Source: Pelagomonas calceolata (taxonomy: Eukaryota). From it: DNA of 64,000 bases. A model generated the notes under the pieces. The model saw only the letters and a program-made list of their open reading frames with translations, ran no database searches and had not been told where the DNA came from. The stretch is taken from NCBI GenBank assembly GCA_918797485.1, contig CAKKNE010000003.1, forward strand, positions 4,836,001-4,900,000, given 5' to 3'. The translations under genes and the position numbers were made by a program. Below are positions 44,043 to 56,046 of the stretch, one piece after another (positions within the stretch are counted from its first letter, which is position 1; each line of letters starts with the position of its first letter).

Positions 44043-44898
44043 CTAGGGTGGGTGTTCGAACGATTCCGCGCGCGGCCGCCAGGACGACACCATGCCGCCG
44101 CGCTTCCTCGCGGGCTTGTGGAGCGCCAGGGTCTCGACGCCATCGCGGAGCGCCGATATGACTTCCGCGGGGCGGTCTGATTTGAACACCGCCGAGCCGG
44201 CTACAATGCAGTTGGCGCCCGCGCGCGCGGCGACCTCGACGGTGGCGAGGTTCAGCCCGCCGTCGACTTGGATGTCCATGGTGGGGAACCTCCGCCGGAG
44301 CGCTTCCACCTTTGGCATCTGGTCGGCCATGAACGCCTGGCCGCCGAAGCCGGGCGGGACCGTCATGACCAGCACGAGGTCGGGCAGGAACGCGCCGTCG
44401 CGCCACAACGCATCTAGGGCCTCCACGGGGGTGTCGGGCCGTAGCGCGACGCCGACGACCATGGGACGCGACGCAGCGCGCACGGCGTCGACCACGTCGC
44501 ACGGGTCCGTCGCGGCCTCGACGTGGAACGTAAAGCCGTCGGCGCCGGCGTCGGCCATGGGGCCGACGTACGCGAGCGGGTCCGAGACCATAAGGTGGAC
44601 GTCGAAAAATGCGTCGCTTCGCTGCCGCAGCTTCTTGATCACCGGCGGGCCCCACGACAAATTTGGGACGAAGTGGCCGTCCATGACGTCGATGTGCAGC
44701 GCGTCGGCCCCGGCGTCCATGACCTGTGTGGAAATCAGCCAGTGAGCCTGAAAATCGCCAACCTCGACGCCATCGAGCAAACTTGATTTCCACACCGACC
44801 GTGACGCGGGCGGCCTCGCCCGCCATGTCCGATAAATCACAGGCCAACAAGCTCGGGGCGATTTTGCTCTCCAAGGGTTTAGCGCTCAGCGCGGCCAT
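44043..44898 (-). CDS. RPE: Ribulose-phosphate 3-epimerase; intron 44724..44805
   Basis: IAPSLL, HIDVMDGHFVPN, DVHLMV, MTVPPGFGGQ, IQVDGG, VAGSAVF. Confidence 0.95.
44724..44797 (-). mobile_element. Introner element (74 bp) in RPE
   Basis: 14-bp TIR CTGTGTGGAAATCA / TGATTTCCACACCG (1 mismatch); TSD GTCACGGT / GTCATGGA (6/8) in gene orientation. Confidence 0.9.
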
Positions 44899-45036
44899 GA
44901 TAAAAAGCCGGGTTGGTTCGTAATTTATTGGGCCTTTATGACACGCTCCTCGGATACCTTTTATGAGAATGTCATGTACGGTATCGTGGTACCTACCTGC
45001 GGACTGGATAAAATTTAAGGAGTGAACCGGCCTAAA

Positions 45037-46240
45037 ATGGCGTCGGCGTCGGCGTGGATGCTCGCCCTCGCCGCAGCTCGACAGGCGACGGGACTCGAAG
45101 AGGCAACAGCGGGCCTGCAGCGGCTCGTTTTCCAGCCAGAGGTCTTTGCCCTGGAGAACTGCAGCTGCGTGCGGCGCCACGGCGGCGCAGCATTGTCACG
45201 CTTCTACCACCTCGACTATAGGAATGCAGCTCGTAGCGGGCTAAACCACCAGATATCAAATCTGCGCGCGATCCTCGCCGAAGGGCTCGGCCTCGGCCGC
45301 GCGGTATTGCTCGGGCCCCCGTCGCTGACTCGGAATCACAATCTTGACCGACCCTTCCTTTTTAACCGATGGGGCGACTTCATCTCGTTTGAACGATCGT
45401 CGTTCCGCATCGAAGAGCGGCACAAGACGGTATGCGAGGGCACGCTCGCGTCCTGCGTGGCCGACGTGTCGGACGCCCAGCTCGCCCAGCTCGTGGAGGC
45501 AAAGCACGAGAGTCTTGGCTACCACGACGGCCCTGTTTCCGACATGCAGAACGCGGTCCCGGGGCTCCTTCGACGCCGGCCCGCGCCGCCCGTCGACCGC
45601 GTCCCAGATAGGCTCAACCTTTTTCGCAGGCTGCCCAACATGACGAGATTCATTGGGCATCATCGGCTCGTGGCGAGCTTCGTCCCGAGCGACAAGGTCC
45701 TCGGCGCTGTGCCCTCCGTTGTGGATCGCCTTCGGGCGCTCTCGAAGACTGGCGTCGCTGCCGTCGTTCACTGCCGCCGCGGCGACAAGATTACAAATAG
45801 CAAGTATTGTCCAGCTCAGATGGACAAGGCGACGTCTCCGGCGCGCATCGCCGAGGTCCTTGACCAATCCGGCATAAAGCCAGGCTCGGCTATCTATATC
45901 ATGTCGAACGAGCTCAACCTCGCCCATTTCGACCCGCTGCGCGACGTCTACGGCTACCACTTCCTCACGCAGGCGGTGTTCTGTGTGGAAAACATCCAGT
46001 GAGTCGGGTTAACGTTAATTTCCACAGGCGGCATTTCCGCATCTCGCGGACCTCGTATCCTCCTGTCGTAATCCCGAGGCTCCCGGTTACTGCGAGAACT
46101 ACCTTCTTTTTGCCATTGAAAAGCAAATCTTACACGCGTTCCCAAAAGAGCAGCGCTTCGTGACCCTGGGCATCAAGGGTGAGGAGCACAACCCCGTCAC
46201 GCTGTATTCCAAGTTCGGAAAGGAGTGCAGGCCGGGATGA
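45037..46240 (+). CDS. O-fucosyltransferase-like (GT-B) secreted protein; GC-AG intron 45973..46027
   Basis: GLNHQ, VHCRRGDK, IYIMSNE, HFDPL; spliced exon 2 gives NYLLFAIEKQI and a stop at 46240. Confidence 0.75.
45981..46027 (+). mobile_element. Introner element (47 bp)
   Basis: CTGTGTGGAAA...TTTCCACAG termini; TSD GCGGTGTT / GCGGCATT (6/8). Confidence 0.8.
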
Positions 46241-46600
46241 CTCGGCCTGGCCCCATTAATAATTTTCCTTCCTGGCCCGGGCTCCGTCTAGAGAGACGCC
46301 AGCTTTGCCTGTCTGCCATCGTCTGCCAGTTGGGCCTATCAACTTGCCAGTCACGGCCCGGGTGCCAGTGACTCCGAGTCTGCGATAAATAGGGCGAAAT
46401 ACCCCTAGCTCCCGGGCCGCGGCAGACTATCTCAGCCGCCGTACTCCCAAAGGTGCGTACTCCTCTGGTCTTGCATTATTCGCAGGTTATTGCGGTTATC
46501 TATAATACTATATATGTCACGGTCGGGTTCTTATAGGGTCACGGTCACCGTGACGGTTAGCCTCACTCGGGCTTTGTAGGGTCGATTCCCGCTGTTCCCC

Positions 46601-46710
46601 CCAGTAAAGTGAACTTACTTTAGGTTCACCCCGGTGTTTTTTACGGCGGCTACGTAGCGCCGGTTTGATCCACTTGGATAAGCTGCCTGAGTAAGAAGAT
46701 ACGGGATGTA
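46601..46710. repeat. Dispersed repeat, inverted copy at ~56555..56658
   Basis: GTAAAGTGAACTTACTTTAGGTTCACCCCGGTGTTTTT... reverse-complement match. Confidence 0.8.
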
Positions 46711-46989
46711 GGGAAACACCGGCTCCGGGCACGTGCCGGCTGGTCTAGCGTGCTGATAGGCGAGAGTAATGTAGCCATAGTTCCGGCAATAGGGGGCTAT
46801 GGCGTTGAAGATATATATCTAGGGGAGTTTTCACCTCAGCGGTCCTCAGGTTTATTTAGACCCGGCGGGCCCCGGGCCGCCCTCCCTCACTGTTTAGTGG
46901 GGGCCCCTATATCAGCTTTGGCAGGGTGGAACGTAAAACACTTACCAAGCGTTTACTTCTCCCTCCGAGTCCGAAAGCCTGACTCAGTG

Positions 46990-47190
46990 AGTAGCAGGGT
47001 CCGAGTCCTAGCTCACCAGCCAGAGACTGGGCCTAACCCACTACGAGAACCTTTTATTATAAACTGGTTTACACTAGCGTCGGTAGACACCCAATGTATA
47101 GACTCAAGTTTAGAGAGTGGGTAGAGAGAGTGGAAGATACATATCTAGATACATATCTAGGGTAGGAAGGGCTAGAGGGATTCTCTCTCT
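46990..47190 (-). mobile_element. Degraded solo LTR
   Basis: LTR homology with small duplications. Confidence 0.75.
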
Positions 47191-47211
47191 CTCCGAGTCT
47201 GTGCCCATACG

Positions 47212-48069
47212 ATGGGCCATGCAAGTGGATCTTACGCGCTGGCCTCAATATTACTCTTGGTCGCCCTTGGCTATGGGGTGACGGACGAGAGGGGGCGGCA
47301 GGCGAACGCCCGCTTTTGGCGGCGCGTCGACGAGCTCGGAAGGGGTGGCGATCCAGGTTGTGCGCTCGCGCTTTTCGGTGTAGGGTACGGCGGGCACGAA
47401 ATCTGCAATGCATCGATCGTTCACAATCCCTGTATCTTCCACTCATTTGGGATCGAACAGGATTTTTCCTTCGACCTGCACGTGGCGAGGCAGTGGAACT
47501 GCAGGGGTGTCCTCCTTGACCCCACGGTGCAGCATCCTGAACATCCAGGCAACGCTCAGGGGCTCACATTTCTCAAGATCGGTGCCAATTCCCCAGTAAC
47601 CAGATCGAAATGGACAAGCACCAATGTCCCCCTTCTTGGCCTTGCGCTCGGCCACCCACACCTTCATATCCTCAAGATGGACTGCGAGGGCTGTGAGTAC
47701 CAACTGGCCGCAGACATTGCGAAGACGCGACCCAACTTTTTCTGGCACGTTGACCAATTTGCATTCGAGCTCCACACATGCGAAGGACTGAGTCCACCAG
47801 GTGAGCAAGCAGCTAACGCAATATATTCCCTCTTCGCATTCTTGTTCGAAGCCGGCCATGACCTTCGTCACTTTGATCGTACACGTTGTTCCAAACACTC
47901 GTCATTACGGACCGATTTTGCGGGCTGGAATCATTCTTACTTCCCAAGTGACCGCCCCAGGATTGATGCGCATGGACGTTATGTGAGACCTTGGGTTTGG
48001 TGCTGCTACAATATCCTTTTCACCAGGGATCGTAGTCAAATCAGTTTAAATGGACTCCCCGGGCCCTAA
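47212..48069 (+). CDS. METTL24/Methyltransf_22-like secreted methyltransferase
   Basis: GYGGHEIC, HSFGIEQDFSFD, DPT, LKMDCEGCEY, QFAFELH. Confidence 0.8.
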   Translation: MGHASGSYALASILLLVALGYGVTDERGRQANARFWRRVDELGRGGDPGCALALFGVGYGGHEICNASIVHNPCIFHSFGIEQDFSFDLHVARQWNCRGVLLDPTVQHPEHPGNAQGLTFLKIGANSPVTRSKWTSTNVPLLGLALGHPHLHILKMDCEGCEYQLAADIAKTRPNFFWHVDQFAFELHTCEGLSPPGEQAANAIYSLFAFLFEAGHDLRHFDRTRCSKHSSLRTDFAGWNHSYFPSDRPRIDAHGRYVRPWVWCCYNILFTRDRSQISLNGLPGP

Positions 48070-48578
48070 GATTCACCCTGCCCGGACAACTGAAATTCCC
48101 TTTGAGCCCAATATAGATATGGAGCGATAGGAAATGATCTTCTTTTCGTAATTGCGGGTTCGGCCCAGCAAGACACGCGCCATCGGAGGAACAAGGGGCC
48201 CTAGGTTGGCATTAGTAGTATACTCAGGCTATGAGTTGTAGCCTGAGCCTTTTTTACATCAAAAAGGACGTTCACGGGAAAACCCGTTCACTTTCCGCGT
48301 ATGTAAAAAGGGCTACAACTCAATTATATCGAGACCAAAATCCATGGTTCTGGGCGGTCGATTTTGGGGTCTAATGATTTCTAGTATATTTCACTGGCAT
48401 AAATAGGGGGTCACGGTTATTTCGAATATATGGCCTGCCACTAGAGCCTGCCTAAGTCTTTGACATCATTTTTGAGCTTAAACTCGGAAGACCTGTGAGC
48501 ATAGCGAATACGGGTCAAATGACTTCCAAATGATCGAAAATGGTTAGGGCGCTCCCGTACCAGCTTGTATGCATACGA

Positions 48579-49171
48579 GTACCTGCTATGATATGGCCAC
48601 GTATCCTTGTATTTACGTCTATGATGCTCCGGGTATTAGCCCAGCAGCCTTTGGCAGTTATGGAGCTGGAATTTATATTCCTAAGTTGGGATTGGTTCCC
48701 AAGCATGTACGTCCTGTTCGACCTGTCGCAAATCTGTATGATTTGTTGGCGAGCTAAATTGTCTTACCAATTTAGCTCAGGCACTGCCAAAGGGGCTTAT
48801 GGTAATTCCCCTAAAGGTGGGGTTTTCCCCGGAACTTCTTGTTCAACCTTTGAATCCAATCAGTGGATCGTTGTAATCCCGCGGCGCCCGTGATGAGAGG
48901 GGTCAACAGCCCTCTGTTTACAGAAGGAGCTTTAATAAGAGACCCAAGGGCTGTCCCGAACCTATGTAAGGCTGACTCAGGTCTGTCAGCTATGTTTTTG
49001 GTATCTTGGCAGCAATATCGTCACATCTAGTGGCTCGCTGCAAGATACTTTCTTATACTTGCTCGTGTCCATCGTCACATCTAGTGGCTCGCTGCAAGAT
49101 ACTTTCTTATACTTGCTCGTGTCCAACAGCGCTCCGATTGTGAGAGCGCAGGACAAAGGAGCAAGAATTTT
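48579..49171. repeat. Second copy of ~550-bp dispersed repeat with internal ~53-bp tandem duplication
   Basis: Reverse complement of 22246..22783; duplication near 49017-49123. Confidence 0.9.
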
Positions 49172-49411
49172 GGCCCTCCCACCCTCCCTTGGTTGCTTTG
49201 GCGCGGGGGCGCGTGGTCCGGGGTCCCTGGGGTTGGCGCCCGTTGTGGCAACGGCCTCTTTTCCACTTATAAATCTCCCAAAATTTTATCTTAGCTTCAC
49301 TATCCTAGTCTCACTTATCTTGGTTAAATACCCGGACAGAGTAGGCCTAGTGAATGCGCACAGGTACTGGTACCTCAGCAGGCCGAGATCTGCCGCAGCA
49401 CCGCTTTGAGC

Positions 49412-50806
49412 ATGCCGTCGTGGCGGCTCGCCTGCGCCCTCGCGGCGGCGCGGTGCGCCAGCGGCCTCCGGGCGCCCGCGCGGCGCGCGGCGCCCCGCGC
49501 GCCCCGCCGCGCCTCGGCCTCGGAGGGCACGATCCTCGAGGCGCGCGAGGTGGCGAACAAAAAGGCGGAGCGGCGGCGCATCGCGTCCTCGCCCACGTTC
49601 TTCCGGACCCACGGCGACTTCAAGGAGGAGCAGGCGGTGGTGCAGGAGAAGATGCTCGCCGAGATGAAGTCGACGCTCCTCGACTCGATGCGCGCGGGCA
49701 CGTTCGAGACGAGCCGCGGCGAGGGCAACGCGGCGGTGACGTTCCGGCTCGCCCAAGAGTACGGCATGTGCTGGGGCGCCGAGCGCTCCATAGAGCTGGC
49801 GCTCGCGGCCACGGAAAAGTACCCGGACAAGCGCAAGCACATCACGAACGAGCTGCTGCACAACCCGGGCGTAAACAACATGCTCGCGGACGCCGGCGTC
49901 GAGTTCGTCGACAAGACCGCGGACGGCGGCAAGCGCTTCGACGACGTCTCGCCCGGCGACGTCGTCATCCTCCCCGCGTTCGGCGCGACGCTCGCGGAGA
50001 TGCAGCACTTCGACGACATGGGCGTGACGACGGTCGACACGACGTGTCCCTGGGTCACCAAGGTCTGGAACGTCGTGGACAAGCAGGTCGCCAAGGGCAT
50101 GACGACGGTGATCCACGGCAAGTACGCGCACGAGGAGGCCATCGCGACGGCGTCGTACTGCGACAACTACATCATGGTCAAGAACATCGACGAGGCGGAG
50201 TACGTGTGCCGCTACATCCTGAACCCGACGCCGGAGGGGAAGGAGGCGCTCCTCGCTAAATTTGCCAAGGCCATGTCCAAGGGCTTTGACCCGGACGTGC
50301 ACCTCGCCAAGGTCGGCCTCGCGAACCAGACGACCATGTACAAGAAGGAGACGCAGGCCATTGGCAAGCTCTTCGAGCTCACGATGATCCAGAAGTACCC
50401 CGAGGACGCGAGCGACCGCTTCGTCGCGTTCGACACGATCTGCGACGCGACGCAGGTCCGGCAGGACGCGATCCAGGAGATGATCCAGGACCCGAAGGTC
50501 GACGAGCTCGACTTCATCCTCGTCGTCGGCGGCTTCGACTCGTCCAACACCGCGCACCTCGTCGAGATCCCGCACGACGCGGGCAAGACGGTGTTTCACA
50601 TCAACGAGGGCGACTGCATCCGCGAGGACAACTCCGTGAAACACCGCCTCCTCAACGGCGACGTCGTCATCGAGAACGACTGGCTTCCGGCGGACCGGCC
50701 GCTCAAAATCGGCGTGACCTCGGGCGCCTCCACGCCCGACGCGTACGTGCAGGACGCCCTCGAGCGCCTCGTTCTCTTGAAAGCGGCAATATCCCCGGCT
50801 GCGTAA
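49412..50806 (+). CDS. ispH: 4-hydroxy-3-methylbut-2-enyl diphosphate reductase, plastid-targeted
   Basis: GMCWGAER, ELLHNP, PAFGA, DTTCPWV, ANQTTM, TICDATQ, SSNT, TSGASTPD. Confidence 0.95.
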   Translation: MPSWRLACALAAARCASGLRAPARRAAPRAPRRASASEGTILEAREVANKKAERRRIASSPTFFRTHGDFKEEQAVVQEKMLAEMKSTLLDSMRAGTFETSRGEGNAAVTFRLAQEYGMCWGAERSIELALAATEKYPDKRKHITNELLHNPGVNNMLADAGVEFVDKTADGGKRFDDVSPGDVVILPAFGATLAEMQHFDDMGVTTVDTTCPWVTKVWNVVDKQVAKGMTTVIHGKYAHEEAIATASYCDNYIMVKNIDEAEYVCRYILNPTPEGKEALLAKFAKAMSKGFDPDVHLAKVGLANQTTMYKKETQAIGKLFELTMIQKYPEDASDRFVAFDTICDATQVRQDAIQEMIQDPKVDELDFILVVGGFDSSNTAHLVEIPHDAGKTVFHINEGDCIREDNSVKHRLLNGDVVIENDWLPADRPLKIGVTSGASTPDAYVQDALERLVLLKAAISPAA

Positions 50807-51721
50807 GTTCTCTTTCGCGGCGGTTCTTTACTAGCATTATTTCGAAGCTCTCCGAGTCCGAGTGGACCCCGAGTCCGGCCCCGGGACCTTGGTCCTTGGG
50901 TATCCTGACTGAGCAGGGAGAAGGCTCTTAGAAGCTTGTTCCTAATTTATTTTATTCATATGGTGGGTTACCTCGATTCATTCATTCATTTATTTAATTT
51001 GAAGGCTACTACTAGATTCTAGAAGTAGTAGTGCCCGGGGCCCGAGCTTCTGGAGGCCCGCAGCCCGCCGGGCCCGGGGACTAGGGGGGCAGTGGGGGCT
51101 ACTAGGGTGAGGACCGGCGGCCGTGGCCTGCCGAAATCGCCATCTTAGAACCCTGAGAGACGAGAGTCCGACTCTGAAGAGCACTGGCACACTGGCACGG
51201 GCACTGGCACATAGAGACTGCATAAAAGCGCCTCTCGGGTTATGCGGCGCCTCATGGCATCTCACTGTGGCGCCGCGCGCACGTGTGTCGTCGCGCGAAG
51301 GATGCCAGCTTATGATGACACCCTAGTGGTGAGGCACTAGAATCGTAGGCGGGGTTAGTAGTACCTCAAAAGCTAACTCTAGCTAGTGCCCTCTTAGACA
51401 GCCGAATACTGATTTGTGGATTGGTCGCAGCGAGCGAACGCCATCTATTCGGCCAGTCTCGCGCGCGGCCAGCGTCGCTGCACCCTCCTTTGTGTCGCAC
51501 GCCCAAGCGCCGCTACTAGGCCCCCCCGCGCTCCCGTCGCGGGGACGGTTTTCCTATCGCGCGCGAGACTGGCGCCGGCGCCGGGGCCCGGGCGCGCCGC
51601 GAGGCGCGGTCGGTCCAACGCCTCGCGCGCCGGGGACTCGCGACGCGACAAAGGGGGGGGCGCGGGCGCGCTCTCCCACGCTGCGCCCCCGGGATCAAAC
51701 GCTCGCGGCACACGCAGGCCC

Positions 51722-52647
51722 ATGGCGGAGAAGTCGGTCGAGGAGCTGCGCGAACCCGTGTGTCGCTTTCTTTCTCCCCGTCCCGGGCGGCGCACGCGCG
51801 GCCGCCCCGCAGGTACCCGCTGGTGCTGCAGCTGACGGTGCCCGACTCGCCGGAACACCGCGAATCGGCGCTACTCGAGCTGAGCAAAAAGCGCGAGGCA
51901 TTCGCGGACCTCGCGCCGATCCTGTGGCATTCGTTCGGGACGATGGGCACGCTCCTGCAGGAGATCGTGGCGATCTACCCGACGCTGAGCCCGCCGAACC
52001 TGACGGCGCACGCGAGCAACCGCGTCTGCAACGCGCTAGCGCTGCTCCAGTGCGTTGCGTCGCACCCCGAGACGCGCGGTCTGTTCCTCGCCGCGCACGT
52101 GCCCCTCTACCTCTACCCGTTCCTCAACACGGTGAGCAAGAACCGGCCCTTCGAATACCTGCGATTAACGTCGCTGGGCGTGGTCGGCGCGCTCGTGAAG
52201 ATGGACGACTCGGACGTGATAAACTTTCTCCTGCAGACGGAGATCATCCCGCTCTGCCTGCGCATCATGGAGACCGGGTCCGAGCTCAGCAAGACCGTGG
52301 CGACCTTCATCGTCCAGAAGGTGCTGCTCGACGACGTGGGGCTGACGTACGTCTGCGCCACGGCCGAGCGCTTCTACGCCGTCGCCACCGTCCTCGCCAA
52401 CATGGTCCAGGCCCTCGCCGAGCAGCCATCGATCCGACTGCTCAAGCACATCGTCCGGTGCTACCTCCGCCTGAGCGACAACCTCCGCGCGCGCGAGGCG
52501 CTTCGACAGTGCCTCCCCGACGCGCTCCGCGACCATACGTTCGCAGCACACATCAAGGACGACCTCACCGTCCAACGCTGGCTCTCCTCCCTGCTCTACA
52601 ACATCTCGGAACAGGCCATTGCCGACATGCAGGCGCAGCGGGCCTAG
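51722..52647 (+). CDS. CNOT9: CCR4-NOT subunit 9 (Rcd1); intron 51748(or 51760)..51812
   Basis: [47 protein letters not shown]. Confidence 0.95.
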
Positions 52648-52725
52648 CCGGCCGAGCTGTATTTTTATAATTATACTATTGCATCTGGCCACCTCGCCAG
52701 GAATATCGAATGGCCCGAGGAATCA

Positions 52726-53005
52726 TTGTCCCGTGGCAAGGCGAAAGAGCTAGCCAAGTTTGTTGTTGAAGCGTCGCAGGCCGTGGACTTTGAGTCGTGT
52801 CTTGCTAGAAGAATGTCTACCCTACGGAACTACGAGTTGTGGACCGACGCAGAGAGGACGGATCTTCCGGCTTATCTGAAGCGGAGGTGCCCATTAGGAA
52901 GTTTACGTGAGGGACGTCGGCTCAAAACGAAACTCCGTTTGGGTTGTCACCCGCTTCGATCTTCGGCCGCCCGAATGTCGATAACGCGCAACGCTACGTG
53001 TCCTA
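52726..53005 (+). mobile_element. Possible LINE ORF2 C-terminal fragment
   Basis: TLRNY..LPAYL..KTKLRLGCHPL resembles post-RT region of non-LTR elements. Confidence 0.45.
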
Positions 53006-53843
53006 GCATAGAAGCGAGTTTTGATTTTCACCCCCTGAAAATCCGCGACTCGGAGTACGGCGCCGGCAGCCACCACGGGGATTCCCTCCACCGAGCGCCC
53101 GAACGTCGCGCATTGGTCGGGGGGACTCGTAGGGCCCTCTTAAGGGCCGGCTGAGGTCAGGGGGGTGTACGGGGATCGGGACTAGGGCGCAGCGGCGCGC
53201 TGAAAACGGCAAAAACCCGTGGATCTCGATTAAAGGCGATTTGGTTTTGGCCTCGTGCGCAGCCTAAACGCACCCATAGGCAGCCCCAAGCTATTTCTGA
53301 TTTCTCAAGGGGTCGGCCGAGGCGGTGCGCCAAGAAAAAAAGCGCGGCAGCACAACATTTCGCGATGCGCCAAATCGCTCTCCCACCACATGATGTGCGA
53401 TACGCGATGTGGGCACGCCACTGCACAAAAAACGGTGGGGATAGTACGGTGGGTATGGCCCGAGTCCCGCGGACAACTTCAAGCGCTCGAAAAGCTGGAA
53501 ATCATTGCACCGCGGCGGTCGCGTCGAGGTCAACGCGGGACGAATAGAGAGCTTCGAGGGCGCTCCTACGAGAAACCACGGGCCCGGGGACCGGCGCGGG
53601 GTTATAGTCGATGCGGACGACGACGATGCGGACGACGACGACGTCGATTTGGAACTTTGAGTCTCCGCCGTCCGGGCCGCGGCCTGCCCGCGGCCGGCGC
53701 ACCCCAAAACCCCCTACCGTTTGTAGCCCCTGTTTTGCGCGAATATTAGTCATTACCTTAAGTATGTTCGTGGCAAGTTTCCCCGTTCAAGCTACTCAGG
53801 GAGAAAAGCTACGGTATTTTCTCACTTTGGGTGCCGGCAAGTG

Positions 53844-54225
53844 CTAGGTTGGCATTTACCTGAGGGGTTATTTACCCCAGGCGCCGGCCGGGGGTAATTA
53901 CCCGGGTAATTACCGGTTAGTACGGGTTATTTACCCCGGGATCTTATAGAGGGGTAGGGGGAGCGGGCCTCGCGGGCCACTGGCGCGGGCCTGGGCCGCG
54001 CCGGGCCACATGACTCGGTACTTGCCTTGGCGCACCTGTACGTATCCAGAAGCTCAACGGGCTGCTTGCGCCCATCCGCTCGCCCGGAGGGGTCTTTCGC
54101 TAATCGCACTAAACGGGTTTAGTCGAAAACCCGTCGGGTAATTTACCGGGTTATTTACCCCAGATCCCCTCCGAGGAGTGATAATGGGTAAATTACCGGT
54201 TATTAACCGGTTAATGCCAACCTAG
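53844..54225 (-). mobile_element. Intact hAT-like MITE, family A
   Basis: TIR CTAGGTTGGCATT...AATGCCAACCTAG; perfect 8-bp TSD GGCAAGTG (53836..53843, 54226..54233). Confidence 0.92.
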
Positions 54226-54384
54226 GGCAAGTGTGCCGGCCCCTTCTCGGAGTTACAAAATAATAATTATATTTATTCAAGTTTATTTATTTTACTAATA
54301 TCATGATTAAGCTTAGGCTAAGCTGAGTCAATTCCAGCCCGCAGAGATGTGGGGTCGGAGTCGGTGGGCGCGATTGGGTGTGAA

Positions 54385-56046
54385 TCAGACTTGTTTGGGG
54401 GTGATCCGCCACGTCGCGTCCGAGTCAGCCTGAGCCTGAGCTAACAATCTACTGTGGCTACGATTAATGGCGGCATCACCACATAGGGGAATGGCGTCAT
54501 CACCCGCAAGTTTTGCAGATAGTGTCCGACAGAAGTAGCGTATTGGTGCGGCAAACACTGTCGTGCGAAGCCTGTCCATGGAATGGCGGTCTTGCTCACT
54601 AATACGTTCGATGGGACCTGCTTGGAAGCGGTGGCTTTCAGGTCTGCGGAGCGTCTTGGCCACATTGATGCGCCGAGAGAAGACACTTCTAGCATATTGG
54701 AATCGCGAGAGGCCGAGGGCCACATGCAGCGCGTCCATGGCGCGGGCCCCGAGGCCATAATCATTCAAGGTCTCAAGCTGGAATACATGGATTTGGTTCG
54801 TCTCTGCAAGCCAAACATCAAGCCAGTCTCCATAAAAACCACGAACAATGGCGTTCTCTCTGGACCGATACTTGCGCTGCAGACAACCCTTTGAGCGCCA
54901 TGCAGCGCCATCGTCGAGTGCATACAGGCTCGTAGAGCATCCTACGCGGTCAAGACCGTGGAGGCCTTGAGCGATCTGCCGGTCGATGCCATCGTCACAG
55001 TAGTGGCGCTTGGCTGACCGCGTTTGACCCGACTGCGGCTCGTGAGCGCAAGTCATTCGCAGGTACGACCGAGCGCGCCGTGCAGGATCGCAGACTACCA
55101 AAATAAAGACAGGCACGAATGGTGTCACAGATAGAATATCTCTGACTGTCACACCCGGGTCATGTGAGTCACAGCCGTAAACGAGACATGCGCTGAAGTC
55201 ACCAACCAATGGTGGTGTCTCGCTGTTAGCCAGGAAGAGCTCAGGTGCATGCCACTCGACGTAGCGGTGGTACCCATGCACCCGTTGTGGTGTTCCCCAG
55301 AATCGGAGCTCCTTTGCCACAATCTTTCCTCGTTCCGGACGACAGGACTCGTGCACCCGAGTGGCCGTGTACTGTGCATGGCGCTGGAGCATCTGTGCGT
55401 ACTGACGCCCAGTCTCGCGCTGCACGGCTATCGGATCGCGTGCAGCGGGGAATTTGGCCATCTCATCGTGCCGTAGCGTTTCGGCTACGCGCATAAACGT
55501 GCCTGTCGCCGCTTGGAATTGCTCGATGACTGCTTGCTTGAGGTCTGCGGATGCGCCGCGTCCCCTGTCGCCGATCACATCCCACCTCCAAAGCAAGTAT
55601 GTGGCAACCTTGTTGTATGCATACCACTTGCCATAAGCTCTATCAAGCTCAGCGAGCGCCACACGAGGTGACGAAGCCGACATTGCTTCGCGAGTCAGAC
55701 CCCAGGCTTCTCGGCGCAGGCCCTCCACCCAAGCCACGTACGCCTCGTGTGACGGTGTCGCTGCCGCTGGCGCGATTCGCCCTGGATGCGTGAATAAGGT
55801 GCTGTTAGCAAGGTAGCGGGTGCGACGCAAATGAAATCGACATGCGGGGGCAACCTCCGGGTGCCGCAGCATGATATCATGGAGCGTGGAGGTCCCGCAC
55901 TTCGTGCAGCCTATGACGAAGAATGAAGGCGGTGCCAGAGTGCGATTTGTCAAAGTAGTCCAAATCGGCCGGCTACCAACCAGCCTGCTTCCCGCACGTA
56001 CCCTCCCCGATAAGCCAAGCAGGTATACGCAAAGTCCTCTCAACAT
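54385..56046 (-). CDS. Secreted/membrane sulfotransferase (heparan-sulfate ST-like)
   Basis: 5'PSB IGCTKCGTSTL; KELRFW; 3'PB CDPARRARS; RGFY..WL. Confidence 0.75.
   Translation of the reverse strand: MLRGLCVYLLGLSGRVRAGSRLVGSRPIWTTLTNRTLAPPSFFVIGCTKCGTSTLHDIMLRHPEVAPACRFHLRRTRYLANSTLFTHPGRIAPAAATPSHEAYVAWVEGLRREAWGLTREAMSASSPRVALAELDRAYGKWYAYNKVATYLLWRWDVIGDRGRGASADLKQAVIEQFQAATGTFMRVAETLRHDEMAKFPAARDPIAVQRETGRQYAQMLQRHAQYTATRVHESCRPERGKIVAKELRFWGTPQRVHGYHRYVEWHAPELFLANSETPPLVGDFSACLVYGCDSHDPGVTVRDILSVTPFVPVFILVVCDPARRARSYLRMTCAHEPQSGQTRSAKRHYCDDGIDRQIAQGLHGLDRVGCSTSLYALDDGAAWRSKGCLQRKYRSRENAIVRGFYGDWLDVWLAETNQIHVFQLETLNDYGLGARAMDALHVALGLSRFQYARSVFSRRINVAKTLRRPESHRFQAGPIERISEQDRHSMDRLRTTVFAAPIRYFCRTLSAKLAGDDAIPLCGDAAINRSHSRLLAQAQADSDATWRITPKQV

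Noticed and set aside
44798..44805. RPE intron start GTCACGGT equals the GT footprint word
   Set aside because: Better explained as the diverged 8-nt TSD (GTCATGGA), exactly spaced from the TIR; probably coincidence.
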